Notes under the pieces: generated by a model
What the model saw: only the letters and a program-made list of their open reading frames with translations
Told to the model about the DNA's origin: nothing
Databases searched by the model: none
NCBI RefSeq assembly: GCF_000012925.1
Contig: NC_007517.1
Span: 1,680,001-1,712,000 of the forward strand
From: Geobacter metallireducens GS-15
Lineage (GTDB): Bacteria > Desulfobacterota > Desulfuromonadia > Geobacterales > Geobacteraceae
Direction of reading: 5' to 3'
Length of the DNA stretch: 32,000 nt
Shown: piece by piece, positions 28,413 to 32,000 of the stretch
Position numbering within the stretch: the first letter of the stretch is position 1
How the letters are laid out: every line of letters starts with the position of its first letter
Program-made: the position numbers and the translations under genes

Positions 28413-30203
28413 TTACTCTCGCTTCTTTTTGAGCAGATATCCTGAATACTGGAGCATCTCCTCGCCGTTGACCGCAACTACACGGATCGTTTCCCCCATC
28501 CCCCGACCCAGGCCACGGATCACCGCCTCCGTGTCGGAGAGAGGCTGCAGCGATACGTTGAGCTTCCCGTCGAAGAACAGCGGGAGGGCGTAGTCGACCC
28601 GAAGGAAGCCGTCTTCGTACCGCAGGCGAATGTCGTCAACCAGCATGGTGTCGTCCCCGGGGTTAGCGATCTCGTAGGCCCCCACCCTCCGTTGCCATTG
28701 TTCAGAGACCAGCACCGGCTCCATCTTCTCGCCGACCAGCATGCTCTTCCCCGCTGCCGTGGCCAGGAGAACGTTATGGCCTGAAACCGTCGACGTGGAG
28801 AACCCGAGATAGTCCAGATCTCCCAGACTTATCGGGATGACTCCCAAAAGTCTGTACCGGAGTCCCATCCGGCCATCATTGCGGGGAACGACGCTGAAGG
28901 TTTTGCCGAAGAACTCCGTCCGCAGCGTAGTGCCGGATTCGATTACTTTGACAGTTCCGAAGGGAGTGACGTAGGCGCCCGCCAGTTTTTGCCGTTCTTC
29001 AGGGGACAAGTCCGCCTCGCGCTCAACCGGCTTGCTTCGCTCCGGCTGCCGGATGCCTGCCTTGGCCTCCATGGCGAGTTTTAGAGCCTCGGTCGCCACC
29101 TTGTGCACCACGGAAGCAGCCGTGGCTGAGTTGGACAGCACCACGACCCCCAGCTTCTGTTCAGGAAGGATGACCATCTGGCTGCGGTAGAGTAGGGTGG
29201 CGCCGTCATGCCAGGCAACCTTGCCGGCATTTTCGATGCCGACGTCAGTCAGCAGCCACCCGAGCCCGATGTGGAAGTCATGGTCAAGGGGCACCCCGTC
29301 ATTCTGCGGGCTGAGCATCTCCGCAAGCGTTTCCTCCTTGAGTATCCGCCGTTCGCCGGCCTTCCCCCCGGCAAAGACCATCTCCATGAAGCGGGAAAGA
29401 TCCAGAACATTGGTGTGGAGCCCGCCGGCCGGGATGTCCCGCAGCTGCGGTTCCCCGATCTCCTTCCCGTTCCGGTATCCCTTGGCCAGGCGGGACGCTA
29501 CGTCGGAATGGGTAGAGAATGACGAACTGGCCATCCCCAGAGGGTGAAGCACCGTCTCATCAATCTGGGAGGCATACGGTCGGCCGGCTATTCGCTCCAC
29601 CGCATTGCCCAGGAGGGAAACACCGAGGTTGGAGTAGGAGAAGACGAAATTGGGGGGATACTGCGCGTACTCATCCTTCAGCAGATTAACCACGTTGGAA
29701 ATAGGTTCGGGGTTATTCGTCCACATCCCTTTCAGGAAGTCTGAAGGGAGGCCGGAATGGTGGGTCATGAGGGTGCGGGGAGTGATCGGGCCGGCATCGG
29801 GGAAGCGGCTCTTAACGGAGAATTCGGGCAGGTAGGTCGACAGCGGCTTGTCGATGTCCATTTTGCCCTGTTCCGCCAACTGCAAGACCGCGGTGGCCGT
29901 GAACAGCTTGGAGATGGAGCCGACCCGGTAAATCGTATCCGGTGTGGCCGGCACCTTGTTCGCCTCATCGGCAACGCCGAAACCCTGTGCCCAGACAACC
30001 CGCTGATCGTCCACCAGGGCGATGCTGAGACCGGTCACGTCGTTTTCCCGCATCTCCTTTTTGATCAGCCAGGAGACGTACTCCTTCGTGTAACCGTAAT
30101 CTCCCCGTGTCAGACTGTCCGGCTTCTTCGGCATTGTAGAGCAGCCGGCGAGCACAAAGACAACCGCAATCGCGGCCATAAAAAAATGCGTCACTCTCAT
30201 CAT
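28413..30203 (-). CDS. Serine hydrolase of the beta-lactamase (class C/PBP4*-like) family, lipoprotein, with extra C-terminal domain
   Basis: Lipobox VLAGC at Cys21. S-x-x-K nucleophile motif YRVGSISKLFTA, plus YSN (SYSNLG) and HDG-type downstream blocks. About 200 aa follow the hydrolase domain. AAGGGA lies upstream of the ATG. Confidence 0.85.
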   Translation of the reverse strand: MMRVTHFFMAAIAVVFVLAGCSTMPKKPDSLTRGDYGYTKEYVSWLIKKEMRENDVTGLSIALVDDQRVVWAQGFGVADEANKVPATPDTIYRVGSISKLFTATAVLQLAEQGKMDIDKPLSTYLPEFSVKSRFPDAGPITPRTLMTHHSGLPSDFLKGMWTNNPEPISNVVNLLKDEYAQYPPNFVFSYSNLGVSLLGNAVERIAGRPYASQIDETVLHPLGMASSSFSTHSDVASRLAKGYRNGKEIGEPQLRDIPAGGLHTNVLDLSRFMEMVFAGGKAGERRILKEETLAEMLSPQNDGVPLDHDFHIGLGWLLTDVGIENAGKVAWHDGATLLYRSQMVILPEQKLGVVVLSNSATAASVVHKVATEALKLAMEAKAGIRQPERSKPVEREADLSPEERQKLAGAYVTPFGTVKVIESGTTLRTEFFGKTFSVVPRNDGRMGLRYRLLGVIPISLGDLDYLGFSTSTVSGHNVLLATAAGKSMLVGEKMEPVLVSEQWQRRVGAYEIANPGDDTMLVDDIRLRYEDGFLRVDYALPLFFDGKLNVSLQPLSDTEAVIRGLGRGMGETIRVVAVNGEEMLQYSGYLLKKKRE

Positions 30204-30378
30204 TGTTCCCTTCTTTTTACGTCAAGACTAGCCTCTCGTCGCCGAGGCTGAACCGGGCAGCGCCCTCTGGCCTTCCTGTCTCATGGGGAAAAGTTCGTTA
30301 CGAAAAACGCAGCGCGCTAGGATCAGATGTAGGCGAGCGGAGATAGAACGATTCCGTATTTTTTGCCATGGGGAACTC

Positions 30379-31179
30379 TCACAGGAACATTTCCGGCTCT
30401 TTCCGGCTTCGGCAGCTCGAACTCAACTGTTCAGCCACCTGCCGTACGTGCGGATCAGTCATTGTTCGTGCCCCAGCGGAACAACCCTTGATACAGGCGC
30501 AGCACCTGATGCAGATACTTGGGTCCGTTGCCACCTTGTCCTGAAGGACAATCGCCCCGGTCGGACATGCTGAAACGCACCGTACGCATTTTGTGCATGC
30601 AGCCTCTTGGGTAACAGGAGATATGCTTGAAAACAAACCCGACTCCCTGTAGGGGAAGTTCCCCGGCACCTGAAGCAGAGATATGTCTCCGAAATCTTCC
30701 ATCATCCCCATTTTCTCCCTGATCATTCTCCCAAAGTCCCTGGCCGCCCTCAAGTCCTCCGTATCAGGTCGCCCGACGGCGATCGGCGTGGCAACTGTAG
30801 AATATGAATGCTCCCCGATAAAGGCCCCGGCGGCAACGGGCTTGAACCCCGCTTCCAGGGCTAGGTCCCAAAGTTCCAGCAGGGCATCCTCGTACGCTCT
30901 GTTCCCATACACGACGACAATGACCGCCGGTGTACCGTTTGCCATGAGGCGCTGTAATCTGGCGGCTGCCTCGGCCGGGAGCCGTCCGGCATACACGGGG
31001 GCGCCTATGATGACCAACCCATCACGGGTATCCACTTGCCTTTGAACTGCGGCACCGGGTGGCGTCAGATCGAGGTGTTCAACATCGTCAACACCAACTC
31101 CCTTTGCAATGCCTTCCACGACCTTTCTTGTCGTCTGGGTCGGGGAGAAGTAGATCAGTCTTGTTGAGTTTATTGCCAT
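30379..31179 (-). CDS. Flavodoxin-like domain protein with C-terminal 2x[4Fe-4S] ferredoxin domain
   Basis: The start is chosen at the ATG preceded by AGAGGGA (ORF-track start 31251 rejected). The N-terminus MAINSTRLIYFSPTQTTRKVVEGIAKG and VVVYGNRAYEDAL are flavodoxin-like. There are two Cys clusters: CTKCVRCVSACP and CIRCCACIKGC. Confidence 0.75.
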   Translation of the reverse strand: MAINSTRLIYFSPTQTTRKVVEGIAKGVGVDDVEHLDLTPPGAAVQRQVDTRDGLVIIGAPVYAGRLPAEAAARLQRLMANGTPAVIVVVYGNRAYEDALLELWDLALEAGFKPVAAGAFIGEHSYSTVATPIAVGRPDTEDLRAARDFGRMIREKMGMMEDFGDISLLQVPGNFPYRESGLFSSISPVTQEAACTKCVRCVSACPTGAIVLQDKVATDPSICIRCCACIKGCSAGARTMTDPHVRQVAEQLSSSCRSRKEPEMFL

Positions 31180-31207
31180 GTTCATCCCTCTTTCGATCAT
31201 TATAGGA

Positions 31208-31696
31208 TCACCGCGAAAACCCGCCGGTACGCCCGCCTGCAAGCCGAACAAGATCAGCCGGCGTAACTTCCAGCGTTCGGTCAGGGCGACCGATGCCGCA
31301 GTAGACGGTCGGCAGGATCGTCAGCACCTCGTCATCAATGAGCGCGGTGGCATTCTCCCAAAGCGACATGGGCGAGACACTTCCCGGCTCCACACCAAGA
31401 AATTCTCTTACCTCCTCCGGCGAAAGGGGTGCGAGGTCGCGGCGGCTTACCCCGATCAAGGCTGCGAGATTTGGATAATCAACCCTTCTGGTGCCCCGGA
31501 GAACAGCCAGAACGAGCCCGCCGCTCCTGATGCGAAAAGCCACGGTCTTAACAATCCGTGATACGTCGAACGTCAGATTTCGGCCCGCCTCTTCCACTGT
31601 CCGCGTTGCCGCATGGGCATGGAGAACAAACGGTATGCCGCTCTTCTCGACGGTCTCCATGAAGGCGCTGAATGCCTCCCCGGCCACAAAGTCCAC
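31208..31696 (-). CDS. YbaK/EbsC/ProX-type aminoacyl-tRNA trans-editing (deacylase) domain protein
   Basis: 162 aa. Blocks SRIVKTVAF (conserved Lys), LVLAVLRGTRRVDYPNLAALIG, VEPGSVSPM and ALIDDEVL fit the YbaK/prolyl-tRNA-synthetase-associated domain. Confidence 0.75.
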   Translation of the reverse strand: MDFVAGEAFSAFMETVEKSGIPFVLHAHAATRTVEEAGRNLTFDVSRIVKTVAFRIRSGGLVLAVLRGTRRVDYPNLAALIGVSRRDLAPLSPEEVREFLGVEPGSVSPMSLWENATALIDDEVLTILPTVYCGIGRPDRTLEVTPADLVRLAGGRTGGFSR

Positions 31697-31698
31697 CG

Positions 31699-31884
31699 CT
31701 ATATCCTGTCGGAGAGCAGCGTGCCGCCAACGCCGATGTTGTCGCGCTCCAGTTCGTTGATCAGGATAATGAACTTGTCTTCTGGAATTCCCGTAATTTC
31801 GCTGGCGTCGCGGGTAAGGACCTGCACGAGTTGTGCCTTCTTTTCCTTTGTTACCGCTGCCAAATCAATGGTTATTACCGGCAT
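31699..31884 (-). CDS. 4-oxalocrotonate tautomerase family protein
   Basis: 61 aa. Met-Pro N-terminus (MPVITIDL, catalytic Pro1 after Met removal). The beta-alpha-beta pattern ..EKKAQLVQVLTRDASEITGIPEDKFIILINEL..DNIGVGG matches the family. AAGGAGGAAAAG lies just upstream. The stop is 2 nt before the next gene's start. Confidence 0.85.
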   Translation of the reverse strand: MPVITIDLAAVTKEKKAQLVQVLTRDASEITGIPEDKFIILINELERDNIGVGGTLLSDRI

Positions 31885-32000
31885 CTCTTTTCCTCCTTGT
31901 CAGTCACCAAACCTGACCAAAGGCTTGGAAAATTCATAAATGGGCAGATGGCTGCCGTCGTTTAAATCGTTCCGTGAATTGCTGCCACGCCTCATCCACA

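Noticed and set aside
30282-30375. 9-bp direct repeat CATGGGGAA at 30282-30290 and 30367-30375 in the spacer upstream of the beta-lactamase-family gene
   Set aside because: It is mildly unlikely by chance within 175 nt. However, it is a single pair, one copy abuts the stop codon of the upstream gene, and no associated palindrome or promoter elements were found.
31934-32000. Possible 3' end of a further minus-strand CDS (...VDEAWQQFTERFKRRQPSAHL*) and a 5-bp hairpin GGCAG-ATGG-CTGCC at 31945-31958
   Set aside because: Only 22 codons are visible and no motif is recognisable. The hairpin stem is too short to call a terminator.

Overview
Nt 1-28259 is one co-directional (+ strand) array of 21 genes. 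It encodes a Wzx/Wzy-type heteropolysaccharide (EPS or O-antigen-like) locus in a roughly 60% GC genome. Gene content resembles a Geobacter-like deltaproteobacterium, but that is only a guess.

Gene order: galE (5'-truncated), glmS, gmd, wecB, a MOP/Wzx-type flippase and a SAM methyltransferase. Then come eight glycosyltransferases (GT4/GT-B and GT2) interleaved with a Wzy/O-antigen-ligase-like membrane protein. Next are a secreted discoidin + GH123/DUF4091-like putative glycosidase and a leaderless heparinase II/III-family protein. The array ends with a high-GC module: a WbuB-like GT4, an exosortase fused to an EpsI-family domain, a second divergent UDP-GlcNAc 2-epimerase, a WecA/MraY-family priming transferase with about 215 extra membrane-embedded residues, and a PrsT-like TPR lipoprotein.

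The centre of the locus (about 9.2-15.0 kb) is strikingly AT-rich relative to the flanks and has intermediate-GC shoulders. This looks like an exchanged glycan cassette.

The last 3.6 kb holds four minus-strand genes: a beta-lactamase-family lipoprotein, a flavodoxin-like/2x[4Fe-4S] protein, a YbaK/ProX-type deacylase and a 4-oxalocrotonate-tautomerase-family protein.

I saw no rRNA, tRNA, CRISPR array, transposase or integrase. I did not find a self-contained new system such as a defence island. The best candidates for novelty are:
- the exosortase-EpsI gene embedded inside the glycan assembly line, with no substrate or regulator genes in view;
- the back-to-back glycan-cleaving-type enzymes at 16.1-20.1 kb;
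- the extended priming transferase;
- the mosaic low-GC cassette.

All family assignments come from motif recognition by eye and need HMM or BLAST confirmation.
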